Positions 1 to 8,669 of a DNA stretch of 64,000 nt are shown piece after piece. Both the position numbers and the translations under genes were made by a program. Origin of the DNA: an uncultured bacterium (GTDB lineage: Bacteria; Fidelibacterota; Marinisomatia; Marinisomatales; JABMOV01); the NCBI GenBank assembly GCA_964344305.1, contig CAYFMT010000016.1:622-64621 (forward strand), given 5' to 3'. Numbering within the stretch: position 1 is the first letter of the stretch; each line of letters opens with the position of its first letter. The notes beneath the pieces were generated by a model. That model saw nothing but the letters and a program-made list of their open reading frames with translations, was not told the DNA's origin and did no database searches.

Positions 1-100
1 TTCGCCAGTTTAATAGTCCCGCAAGCGGGATGTTCTCCTTGACTTGCATGTGTTAAGCACGCCGCCAGCGTTCGTCCTGAGCCAGGATCAAACTCTCCAT
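1..100 (-). rRNA. rrs: 16S rRNA gene, 5' end only (continues off the left edge)
   Basis: Reverse complement of 1-96 reads AGAGTTTGATCCTGGCTCAGGACGAACGCTGGCGGCGTGCTTAACACATGCAAGTC..., the universal 5' region of bacterial SSU rRNA. The exact mature 5' end (~97-104) is not determinable. Confidence 0.95.
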
Positions 101-134
101 TGTATGTATTATACTTTTTGGTTGTTTGATTTCA

Positions 135-148
135 TTGACAAAAGAACC
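135..148 (-). promoter_or_regulatory. possible boxA-like antitermination element in the rRNA leader
   Basis: The minus strand reads GGTTCTTTTGTCAA about 40 nt upstream of the 16S 5' end. It resembles the boxA core (TGCTCTTTAACAA) in position and T-rich core only. Confidence 0.25.
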
Positions 149-195
149 ACGCATACCAAATTTTCAAATAACTATAATCGCTCCGAGTAGAGCCC

Positions 196-250
196 CGAAA
201 ATTAGTGGGCTCAATTATCACCTGTCAACATTTATTCAGAATATTTTTAT
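196..250 (-). promoter_or_regulatory. putative rRNA operon promoter region
   Basis: The minus strand has TTGACA (228->223) with only a weak -10 (CTAATT) 17 nt downstream. An alternative is TTCTGA-17 nt-GATAAT (242->214). An A/T-rich UP-like tract (AAAAAAAAGATAAAAATATT) lies upstream. The choice of hexamers is uncertain. Confidence 0.25.
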
Positions 251-257
251 CTTTTTT

Positions 258-1280
258 TTAGAATAGGGATAATTCAGGTTCTGTATTAAGGAAAATCTCT
301 TCAAGCCACTCGAGAGTAATATTCGAATTTATGTATTCAAGTACAGATAACTTGTTTGTCTCATTAACATTGTTATAAGAAGCCAGAATACTTCCTGTAT
401 ATACGGCCACACCTAATCCTAACAACTCAAAATGTATGTGCGATATCCCTGCTGTTTTTACAGTCGATTGCAAATCCGATGTTTCCTTATACGACCCAAT
501 ACCCGGTACAACAGATCCATAGGAAAACTCATAGGATACATTTTCCGAGGATATATCTTCCGCCTTAAAAGCAAGCATAACCGGGATTGCCACACCCATC
601 ATAGTCCCCATAGCAGACGTATAATCGCCCAGGTATACCCATCCTCCACCTGGAGCGATTGAGGATAATATTGTAATCCACTTTTTCTTTCCTGATAATG
701 ACACTGCCATATCAATGTGATCCATCATCCTGCGAAGAAGAACAGAATAATATGTATCATTGAACCGGGCTTCAGCCGCCTGAAATGAAAGACGGGCCTC
801 CTCCCAGTTCATTGCCCGAAACTCAACGAGCCCTCTTAGCGTCATGAGGTATGGATCTGTGGACTCTCTCACCATCTCACGTACTTCATTGTCCCTGTTT
901 AGAATAATCAATGAAATACCGGTTCGGTATGTGGCAATGTTAATAAGGGATGAATCCACAGAAGAGGATTCCAGAATTTTTCTATAATACTCAATGGCAA
1001 GTTCTGGCTGAGATGACTCTTCATAACAGCGTCCTACAAAATAGTATATGAGAGGCTCAATACTGTCTCCTGGATAGCGATACAAGAATTGAAACAGGGA
1101 CAGAATCGCCTGATCGTATTGCTCTTGATCATACAGGTGCGCTGACAACCCCACAAGTTCATTCTTCTGGGTCTGGGTAAAGTCTCGCCATCCCTTTTCA
1201 GTTTCAATGGATGACTGAGCAGTCTGACCCAGTACCAGAGCTGATATCAGTATGAGTATGATTCCTGGTCTTTTATGCAT
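258..1280 (-). CDS. exported TPR-like repeat protein with hydrophobic C-terminal segments
   Basis: 340-aa ORF with signal peptide MHKRPGIILILISALVLGQTAQS. TPR-like helical repeats are present (YDQAILSLFQFLYRYPG, ELAIEYYRKILE). The last third has 2-3 hydrophobic stretches. Confidence 0.6.
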   Translation of the reverse strand: MHKRPGIILILISALVLGQTAQSSIETEKGWRDFTQTQKNELVGLSAHLYDQEQYDQAILSLFQFLYRYPGDSIEPLIYYFVGRCYEESSQPELAIEYYRKILESSSVDSSLINIATYRTGISLIILNRDNEVREMVRESTDPYLMTLRGLVEFRAMNWEEARLSFQAAEARFNDTYYSVLLRRMMDHIDMAVSLSGKKKWITILSSIAPGGGWVYLGDYTSAMGTMMGVAIPVMLAFKAEDISSENVSYEFSYGSVVPGIGSYKETSDLQSTVKTAGISHIHFELLGLGVAVYTGSILASYNNVNETNKLSVLEYINSNITLEWLEEIFLNTEPELSLF

Positions 1281-1319
1281 AAAAAAATTCCCCCATCCAC
1301 ATGATGGATGGGGGAATTT
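1281..1319 (-). terminator. rho-independent terminator abutting the start codon of the next gene
   Basis: A 15-bp stem (1285-1299 / 1305-1319, core CCCCCATCCA/TGGATGGGGG) with a 5-nt loop. On the minus strand it is followed by a T7 run that ends at the ATG at 1280. Confidence 0.7.
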
Positions 1320-1343
1320 AAAAGAATATATTCTCTAATTCAC

Positions 1344-2294
1344 CTATCGCAATAGAATCATTTTCTTTCGAGCAGTGAAGTCATCTGAACGTAATTCATA
1401 AAAGTATACGCCAGAAGCCACTGGATTCCTATACGTATCCTGAGCATTCCATTCTACTTCATATTTCCCAGCAGGAACAAAATCATTTACCAGCGATACT
1501 ACCTGCTGTCCAATGATATTATAAATAGTGATGGTCACATCGCTTGCCTGCGGGATATCAAATGCAATGCTTGTTGTAGGGTTGAATGGGTTTGGATAAT
1601 TCTGTGATAGATTATACTCTGTTGGTATACCAGGTTTCTCCACAACATCCAATTGCACATTCACTGCCTGTGGATTTGTAGTATCCGGGAAAGCACAAAC
1701 AACATTCAATAGATCTGGTGCCAGGGATGTACCGGGGAGATTACAAGTTCCAATGCCAAAATTAATGACAGCCGGAAGGCTGCTCACACCATTAGGTACA
1801 TGATAAGTTACGTATACCAGATCACCTTCTTCTCCGTTGCCTTCAGTTTGAGCTTGGGCAGTGCTGTATGCCATTACCTTTACATGATCGTCAATGGCGT
1901 TTGCAAGGAGGGTCATGGTGCGTGGAGTTCCATTTGGATCCGTAACATTTTCCAGTTTAGACCCTTTTGTAACAGAACCTGCTCCCTCATAAACCAGTTC
2001 ATCTGTATCGGCATAAATATCAATCTCAATTCCACGAATTGGCTCATTATCTACGATGTTGACAGCCAGTGTCACGGTGGTATCATTTATAACCGCTAAT
2101 TCACCTGCAAATTCAAGGCACGCACAGAGACCTGTGGCAATTTCCTGACCATAATTGGGGTTTGGTGACCCGTCCGGAAGCATGGTCCTTAAATCAACAT
2201 GATAGGCTGTGTCAGCCGGGCAATCCATGGCTGATCCAAAAGCAAAGACCATCGAAAGAATGATTAGTGTTCTCATAATTTTATTGTATTGCAT
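1344..2294 (-). CDS. T9SS-sorted surface protein with a cohesin-like beta-sandwich region
   Basis: Signal peptide MRTLIILSMVFAFGSA; the start is at 2294 or 2276, and the longer ORF to 2336 is unlikely. The C-terminus QNYPNPFNPTTSIAFDI...GVYFYELR...KKMILLR is a T9SS C-terminal sorting domain. The middle region (VTLAVNIVDNEPIRGIEIDIYAD) is cohesin-like by eye. Confidence 0.7.
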   Translation of the reverse strand: MQYNKIMRTLIILSMVFAFGSAMDCPADTAYHVDLRTMLPDGSPNPNYGQEIATGLCACLEFAGELAVINDTTVTLAVNIVDNEPIRGIEIDIYADTDELVYEGAGSVTKGSKLENVTDPNGTPRTMTLLANAIDDHVKVMAYSTAQAQTEGNGEEGDLVYVTYHVPNGVSSLPAVINFGIGTCNLPGTSLAPDLLNVVCAFPDTTNPQAVNVQLDVVEKPGIPTEYNLSQNYPNPFNPTTSIAFDIPQASDVTITIYNIIGQQVVSLVNDFVPAGKYEVEWNAQDTYRNPVASGVYFYELRSDDFTARKKMILLR

Positions 2295-2363
2295 TAATGA
2301 CTCCCCACTAAGAAAAGTGATTTGGAAATTAATCATGAACCCCTGTAATTCAAATCCGTATTT

Positions 2364-5300
2364 TTATTTCACAAGTAGCACTTTTTGTGTGCTGAAGTGC
2401 GTTTGTGTCTTGAATGTCACAAAGTAGATTCCTGACCCAACTGCATTACCGGAGTTTGATAATCCATCCCAGGTAACGCGGTAGACACCTTCATTGTATG
2501 GGTCATTTGTAAGAAGACGAATTTGCCTGCCTAAAATATCATAGATACTAATTCTAAGGTGGTCGCTCACCGGCAGGGTTATGGTAAATGACGTGCTGGG
2601 ATTAAATGGGTTTGGTGTTGCATCACTGATGGAAAACTCCATGGGAACACCCACATCTTCTCCTGAATCAATGGATAAGTTGATATCGCGATATGATCCG
2701 GTTCTATAGGCATTTCCTCGGAACAGGTTCCAGTATGGTGCGGTTGCCCCAGCAGTGGTTTTTAGATCTACAACCTGCAGCCCTACCGAAGAACCGATAA
2801 TGATCTCCAGGTCGTTATCCCCATCAATATCATCAATAATTGGTGTACTTTCCACGTTTCCACTGAACTGGATGGGCATATTCCCTTTGAGTGTCCCATC
2901 AAGTGCAAATGCCGTAATACCAGCATAGGTACCCATAACAATATCAGGTTCACCATCCCCATCAATATCACTCACTACAGGTGAAGAATATGTTAGCTGG
3001 TTAATATCCGTGGGAAAACCGGATACATAGGCATCTGATTCGACATCATAAGCATGAAGATTCTGGTCCAGACTGCCAAAGAGTATCTCAGGGTAGCCAT
3101 CCTCATTAAAATCGTAAAATGAGGGACTGGATTTCACCATTCCACCAGACGAAATTTGTTTCAACATGGTACCATCGGCTCCAAGGATATATACACTCTG
3201 ATCATCGCTTGCAGCAATGATCTCCAATGCTGCATCTCCCGTAACATTTGCTAGTGATGGAGGTGTGTTAATTCTGTTTCCTGTCGCGAAAGGAAAACCT
3301 GATTTTGCCTGACCGTCTGCTGTGTATACATGGATATTGTTGCCCCATGTACCCACGACGATCTCAACCTGTCCATCATTATCTATATCATCGACAGCGG
3401 GGGCTGTAAGAATGGCTTCACTTAAAACTACTGGAAATCCATCCAGATCGGTACCATCATGATTAATGACATGTATCTTCCCGCTTTGTCCATTCTCAAA
3501 TGTACCAAAGGCTATTTCTAATTCAGGATCTCCATCCATATTTGCAACTGCAGGTGCATCCATGATATATCCAGTAGCAACATATACCAGGTCATGGGAT
3601 CCATCGTGGTTGGTGACATACAGGTTACGATCCTTGGACCCGTAAATCAGTTCCAGATCGCCATCTCCCTGAACATCTGCCACCGCTGGTGAGGATCGGA
3701 GCTGGTTTCCAGTAGAATCAGGAAACCCTGCCAATAAATCTCCATCGGTATTCAATCCGTATAGTTTGTTGTCGTCGGCACCAAAATAGATTTCCTTTTC
3801 TCCATCACCATTCAAGTCATGGACAATAGGAGATGTCTTGACACTGTTTGCTGTAAAAGGAAATCCAGCCTGGTTCAGGCTTAACTCGATAAGAATCGTT
3901 TCCTCATTTACGTAAGATCCTGATCCCGCTCCTGCATACATGGTCACAAGAAATTCAACATTTCCTGTCACGGCTTCAGAAGTAGAAGAAAACTGAAATG
4001 AATCAAAGAGAGTGAATGAGGAAGACCCGCCGGGAATGGTGGACGTGAATTCGATCATATTATCAAGGATAGTGATTCTGGGATCATCTGTGGACAGGAC
4101 TGCAACCACGTCCGTGGCATCGGCCCATCCCTCTTCATTTCCAATGATAATTTTCGCATTTACCGTTTCACCAGGATTGAAGTTTCCGTCGCCATCTGTA
4201 TCATTCTGCAGGTTAACACCATCCACATATAAACTTGGGAAAATACCACCAGCCAGTGCCTTGAATACATTCAGTCTACCTGAACCCAGCATACCTGTCA
4301 TGCTTTCTGTATGGCTTTGTGAATCGCTATAATTTCGAACTGTACAATCCCTGTCCATGTCATCGTAGTAGTCAGTATTATCAATGATTTTTTGAATGAC
4401 CCAATCCTGTGACTCATCCGGAAACATGGACCAAACAAGCGCTACAGCACCTGCAGTGATGGGAGAAGAAAATGAGGTACCATACAAGTTACTATCGTAT
4501 CCATTTGCACCATCAACAGAATACACAGATTCACCAGGGGCACCTAAATCAACAGTGGGGCCTGCTGTAGCCCAGCAATTGAAATGATCGCCCTGACCGG
4601 TAGCCGTTACGGAAATGACATTATCATATCCACTGGGATAATGATCATCCAGATTCGTAACACCAAAATCCTGATTTCCATTGCCTGCGGATGCTACCAC
4701 AATCGATCCATATGTATTGTAGCAGGTATTGATCAGGTTTTGAGCAAAAGAGCTGAATTGGGTACTTCCCCAACTGCAATTGATGACATCGGCTCCCTGT
4801 TGCCCTGCAGCCAGAAGTCCATCATATCCAAAATCGATGTACCCATTGCTGGTATGAGATGCCTTTATGGGCATGATTTTCACAGAAAAACCGACTGAAG
4901 CTATTCCAGTACCATTGTCAGTTACACCGGATACACATCCAGAAACACTGGTACCATGTCCGTCACCGGGAACACAATAGGGATCATTGTCTTCAGCACC
5001 CCCGGAAGTAGCAGCAACATCCCAACCAATAAAATTATCTATAAATCCATCTCCATCGTCATCTACCCCATTCATGTCATCCGAGTCGAACTCCCATGAA
5101 CCGCCATTATCTATGACTGTGACACCATCGCCATCTGCATCTTCACCCAGGTTATTCCATATATTGTTGATCAAATCAGAATGGGTCCAGTGCACACCAT
5201 CATCTACAACAGCCACGACAATTTCTCTCGATGGATTGGTTCCTGGAATTTCACCGTTCTCAATATCCCACAGGTCCCAGGCATCATCTGCTTTAATATT

Positions 5301-5708
5301 TGGCAGTGCCCACTGTTGACCGAATTGTGGATCATTTGGAGTATACTCAGATCTTAGAATGGGCTTACGTTCTGCATTCAACAATCCCGTGGTTGAGTTG
5401 ATAACTTGAATGATATTCTGAAGATCAACTCTGTCAGAGGAAAGGGTAATTTCATAAATCCTATTCAAATAGACGTCGCCATCCCTGTCACTCGGTTTTG
5501 CAGATGAAAGCCACGGATGAAAATCTCTGGCACCAATATTGATTAATGCCTGATTAATATCCGGGTTGTTGGTCCATGCACCAGATTCACCAATAAATTG
5601 AAAATCTGTTAGCTGGTTATCGATATACACCAGGACGCGATCAGGATGGTATTCTGATGCTGACAGTATGGATAGAAATAGGATGAATGATCCAAATAGA
5701 TGCTTCAT
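2364..5708 (-). CDS. S8 (subtilisin-family) serine protease fused to ~8 FG-GAP/VCBS-type repeats and a T9SS C-terminal sorting domain
   Basis: Catalytic motifs are VVAVVDDGV (Asp), GDGHGTSVSG (His) and YGTSFSSPITAGA (Ser). Repeated D.[ND]GDG..E[IL]..G blades follow. The CTD is TPNPFNPSTSFTI...GIYFVTF...KVLLVK. Signal peptide MKHLFGSFILFLSILSA sets the start at 5708. Confidence 0.9.
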   Translation of the reverse strand: MKHLFGSFILFLSILSASEYHPDRVLVYIDNQLTDFQFIGESGAWTNNPDINQALINIGARDFHPWLSSAKPSDRDGDVYLNRIYEITLSSDRVDLQNIIQVINSTTGLLNAERKPILRSEYTPNDPQFGQQWALPNIKADDAWDLWDIENGEIPGTNPSREIVVAVVDDGVHWTHSDLINNIWNNLGEDADGDGVTVIDNGGSWEFDSDDMNGVDDDGDGFIDNFIGWDVAATSGGAEDNDPYCVPGDGHGTSVSGCVSGVTDNGTGIASVGFSVKIMPIKASHTSNGYIDFGYDGLLAAGQQGADVINCSWGSTQFSSFAQNLINTCYNTYGSIVVASAGNGNQDFGVTNLDDHYPSGYDNVISVTATGQGDHFNCWATAGPTVDLGAPGESVYSVDGANGYDSNLYGTSFSSPITAGAVALVWSMFPDESQDWVIQKIIDNTDYYDDMDRDCTVRNYSDSQSHTESMTGMLGSGRLNVFKALAGGIFPSLYVDGVNLQNDTDGDGNFNPGETVNAKIIIGNEEGWADATDVVAVLSTDDPRITILDNMIEFTSTIPGGSSSFTLFDSFQFSSTSEAVTGNVEFLVTMYAGAGSGSYVNEETILIELSLNQAGFPFTANSVKTSPIVHDLNGDGEKEIYFGADDNKLYGLNTDGDLLAGFPDSTGNQLRSSPAVADVQGDGDLELIYGSKDRNLYVTNHDGSHDLVYVATGYIMDAPAVANMDGDPELEIAFGTFENGQSGKIHVINHDGTDLDGFPVVLSEAILTAPAVDDIDNDGQVEIVVGTWGNNIHVYTADGQAKSGFPFATGNRINTPPSLANVTGDAALEIIAASDDQSVYILGADGTMLKQISSGGMVKSSPSFYDFNEDGYPEILFGSLDQNLHAYDVESDAYVSGFPTDINQLTYSSPVVSDIDGDGEPDIVMGTYAGITAFALDGTLKGNMPIQFSGNVESTPIIDDIDGDNDLEIIIGSSVGLQVVDLKTTAGATAPYWNLFRGNAYRTGSYRDINLSIDSGEDVGVPMEFSISDATPNPFNPSTSFTITLPVSDHLRISIYDILGRQIRLLTNDPYNEGVYRVTWDGLSNSGNAVGSGIYFVTFKTQTHFSTQKVLLVK

Positions 5709-5730
5709 AGTCCCCACTCGAAAGGTTAAG

Positions 5731-5755
5731 TGCCCCGGGAGCAACCCCGGGGCAT
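5731..5755 (-). terminator. GC-rich stem-loop downstream of the 937-aa gene (no clear U-tract)
   Basis: TGCCCCGGG-agcaa-CCCCGGGGCA forms a 9-bp GC stem. The minus-strand 3' flank is not T-rich, so terminator function is uncertain. Confidence 0.35.
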
Positions 5756-5760
5756 TCGGA

Positions 5761-8574
5761 TTATTTCATTAAGACCAGTTTCTTCGTATCGGTAAAGCTC
5801 TTACCTGTCGATACTGATCTGGATTCAATTGTATAGAAATACATGCCTGAGGATAACTCAGATGCATTCAATTGGAAACGATATTGACCAGGTGCCAAAT
5901 CCCTGTTTATGAGGGTTTTCACCTCACGTCCTGTAATATCATACAATGAGAGCCTTGTGGCTGATAGTTCAGCAATATCAAACTCAATAGTCGTGACAGG
6001 ATTAAATGGATTTGGATAGTTCTGCTTAAGGGCAAACGTCTCTGGTACATCCGGTGTCAGTTCATCATCAATTCCAACGGTGGCAGAATCCATATCTACC
6101 CTGATCATGATAGCGCCAGAGAAGTAGTTACTGAAGGGCTCCCATCCGGATCCCTGACCGATGTCCACATAACTGCGGGAACCATCAGAATCCGTGTCCA
6201 CACCAATAGGCGGTGTTTGGGCTGTTTCCATCCAGCCTACATAGAAATCTCCATCAGAGACTGTCACATTGTAATCTGAAACATTTTTTTCATTCCATCC
6301 CTGTGCGAATTGAACGACCACGCCTGTAAGTAAAACAGTCCCGGGCATGCCATTGGCACCATCGTCGTCCCACACCTGTGCCAGAGCAATACCATTGCCT
6401 TCAACATAATATTTCACACGTACAAGTGAAGATGGATATGTGACAGGTGTGAACTTCACAGCAAGGACATTTCCGTCCGCAACGTTGAAACTGGTATTGG
6501 GATTATCATCATCATAAACGATTTCATATACAGTCTGTGCTTCGGGAATTGCACATTCAGCTGATGATGGTGCTCCCTCTGTCTCACCATACACCATGGT
6601 AATCTGGTAGCAATACTCAGTACCATTTTGCACAAAAACATCATGGTATGATGTTGAAGTTAAACCCTGTCCGTTAAACATTGGGTTGAATGCACCACCG
6701 TCTACGCTGCGGTATACATTGTATTCCACATCTGCACCACCTGTTGATGTCACTTCGCCACGAATGCCCCATTCTCCATCGGGTAAACCGTTGGCAGCAG
6801 CCACATTGGCCCAGGTATCCCAGCCGCCTAGATTGGCCCATGATTGGGTACTTGGCGCAGAACTTTCATCCAGTGTTACACCAACGGTAGTTGATGCCTC
6901 TATGGCAAGAACGAAATCTCCTGCAAAAGTCCAATCCACTTCAACCTCGAGCCATTGGCCCGTTATGGTCGTGATGGCAGTTGAATAAAGTGCTGTTTCA
7001 CTTGGTCCCTGTAACCCAACTTCGTAAGCATACAGTGTGGTGGCACCAGCATTATTACCACCAAAGATATAAGCACTGTTTAGCGTAACGGAATCCACAC
7101 CAAATGGTGCATCAAAATGGGTACCCATAATAGCTGTCCCTGAGGTCATATTTATTTCATTTTCGAAATCACCGTCATCATACTGAACAAGACCATTGAA
7201 ATCTGCGCTTGGGTTTTCCCAGGTAACATCAATGACTGCATCTCCAGCTACTACATTCACATTTTGAACAGTTGGAACAGATTCTTCCAATAACACTGAC
7301 CATACATGGAAATCATCTATGAATAGACCTCCACCATTGCCACCATCATCATTACCGTCTGCATCTCCACCAATTCTGAATTTCACATTGGCTCCGGCAT
7401 AATCTGTAATATCCAACTGGGCATTTCCATTAAATGGATCCCCAGGCATATAAGTTGCCCATCCAAGACCACCTGGACGGGTTATATCACCATAATCGTA
7501 AAATACCTGCTCCCATAGAAAATCCACACCACTTGCAGGGGTCATGGAAACCTGATCGTCTGCGTTGTCAAGGAATAATTGAGTACCGTCTCCATCTTCA
7601 ACGGTTACATCATCAATTCTGAATCCGGTAATAGTGGCGTCATCACCTGTGCTGTAAGAAGGATCTGAACCGAAACCAAATCGGATAATAACATCCTGGC
7701 TTGCATAAGCTGCAAGATCAAATGTTACCAGATGCCAGTCCTGGTTTCCACCCCAACCGGCGGCCAGTTCCTGACAATCATAATAATCAGGATCATTGTA
7801 AATCCATCCATAGCCATCTGTAAAATCATATGCATCATCACCAGTGAGCAAACTCCAAGTTGCACCACCATCCGTTGAAATACGTACATTGGCCGCATCC
7901 CAGCCATTGGTACAGGTGCCACCCACAGATGCGCCTGCAGGATCTTCAATATCCCATTTCATCTGCGCTGTGAGCGTGCCCCCTGATGCAGGGATGGATA
8001 TGGAAGGCGTATCCAGGAACTGTAGCCATGCATCATTGTATCCACCAATATCTGTATCTGCACACCACCATGAGTTGCCTGCGTAGGCATTGTCTGATGA
8101 GGCATGGAAAAAGAGTGGAAGATCGTCCAGGTTGGTGATGAATACAGCATAATAATCTTCTAGAAGGTTATCCCCGTCACCATCAAAATCCGGCATGTCA
8201 CACCAGAGGTCAAAGTTGAATTTGAGAATTTCATTGTCTGATGACAACTCGGGAAGCGTAATGGATGGAGAATACAGATATGTGGTCATACTGTAATTGT
8301 CATCATCATAATTAAAACTATGGGTCGGACTCGATGAAGAAACATCTGTAAGTACCCATCCTGTATCGGCTAACCACCCGGAAACATCGCCTTCAAAATC
8401 ATCAAAGAAAATGGTTGTTGTATCAATTCGACTGTTAAAAACTCTTTCTACAGCTGGTGATTGATTATAAGCATTCAAGGATTGGAAAGCATCATCCGTA
8501 GCCGTTGTAGGTATCGGTTGTGCTGACCAGAGTAAACCAAGAAATACCAATAAAATAATCTGTTTTCGTTGCAT
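5761..8574 (-). CDS. large exported multidomain protein of unknown function with a T9SS C-terminal sorting domain
   Basis: 937-aa ORF with signal peptide MQRKQIILLVFLGLLWSAQP. It has one Asp-box (STDGGATWS) and an FN3-like segment (YNVYRSVDGGAFNP...YCYQITMVY). The CTD is QNYPNPFNPVTTIEFDI...GMYFYTI...KKLVLMK. I saw no catalytic motif. Confidence 0.75.
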   Translation of the reverse strand: MQRKQIILLVFLGLLWSAQPIPTTATDDAFQSLNAYNQSPAVERVFNSRIDTTTIFFDDFEGDVSGWLADTGWVLTDVSSSSPTHSFNYDDDNYSMTTYLYSPSITLPELSSDNEILKFNFDLWCDMPDFDGDGDNLLEDYYAVFITNLDDLPLFFHASSDNAYAGNSWWCADTDIGGYNDAWLQFLDTPSISIPASGGTLTAQMKWDIEDPAGASVGGTCTNGWDAANVRISTDGGATWSLLTGDDAYDFTDGYGWIYNDPDYYDCQELAAGWGGNQDWHLVTFDLAAYASQDVIIRFGFGSDPSYSTGDDATITGFRIDDVTVEDGDGTQLFLDNADDQVSMTPASGVDFLWEQVFYDYGDITRPGGLGWATYMPGDPFNGNAQLDITDYAGANVKFRIGGDADGNDDGGNGGGLFIDDFHVWSVLLEESVPTVQNVNVVAGDAVIDVTWENPSADFNGLVQYDDGDFENEINMTSGTAIMGTHFDAPFGVDSVTLNSAYIFGGNNAGATTLYAYEVGLQGPSETALYSTAITTITGQWLEVEVDWTFAGDFVLAIEASTTVGVTLDESSAPSTQSWANLGGWDTWANVAAANGLPDGEWGIRGEVTSTGGADVEYNVYRSVDGGAFNPMFNGQGLTSTSYHDVFVQNGTEYCYQITMVYGETEGAPSSAECAIPEAQTVYEIVYDDDNPNTSFNVADGNVLAVKFTPVTYPSSLVRVKYYVEGNGIALAQVWDDDGANGMPGTVLLTGVVVQFAQGWNEKNVSDYNVTVSDGDFYVGWMETAQTPPIGVDTDSDGSRSYVDIGQGSGWEPFSNYFSGAIMIRVDMDSATVGIDDELTPDVPETFALKQNYPNPFNPVTTIEFDIAELSATRLSLYDITGREVKTLINRDLAPGQYRFQLNASELSSGMYFYTIESRSVSTGKSFTDTKKLVLMK

Positions 8575-8600
8575 GGGTTATTCCCCTTACTTATGTTATT

Positions 8601-8641
8601 AAAATGGATACGGCACCAATCTCAGTTGGTACCGTATCCAT
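8601..8641 (-). terminator. rho-independent terminator after the BNR-protein gene
   Basis: ATGGATACGGCACC-loop-GGTACCGTATCCAT forms a 13/14-bp stem. It is followed on the minus strand by TTTTAATAAC. Confidence 0.6.
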
Positions 8642-8669
8642 GTGAAACCTTTGAATGTCTGCCCCGGTC

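Noticed and set aside
135-140. A perfect TTGACA on the plus strand in the rRNA upstream spacer, as a possible promoter.
   Set aside because: No plus-strand gene lies downstream; everything to 23.6 kb is on the minus strand. The hexamer is better explained as part of a boxA-like GTTCTTTTGTCAA on the minus strand.
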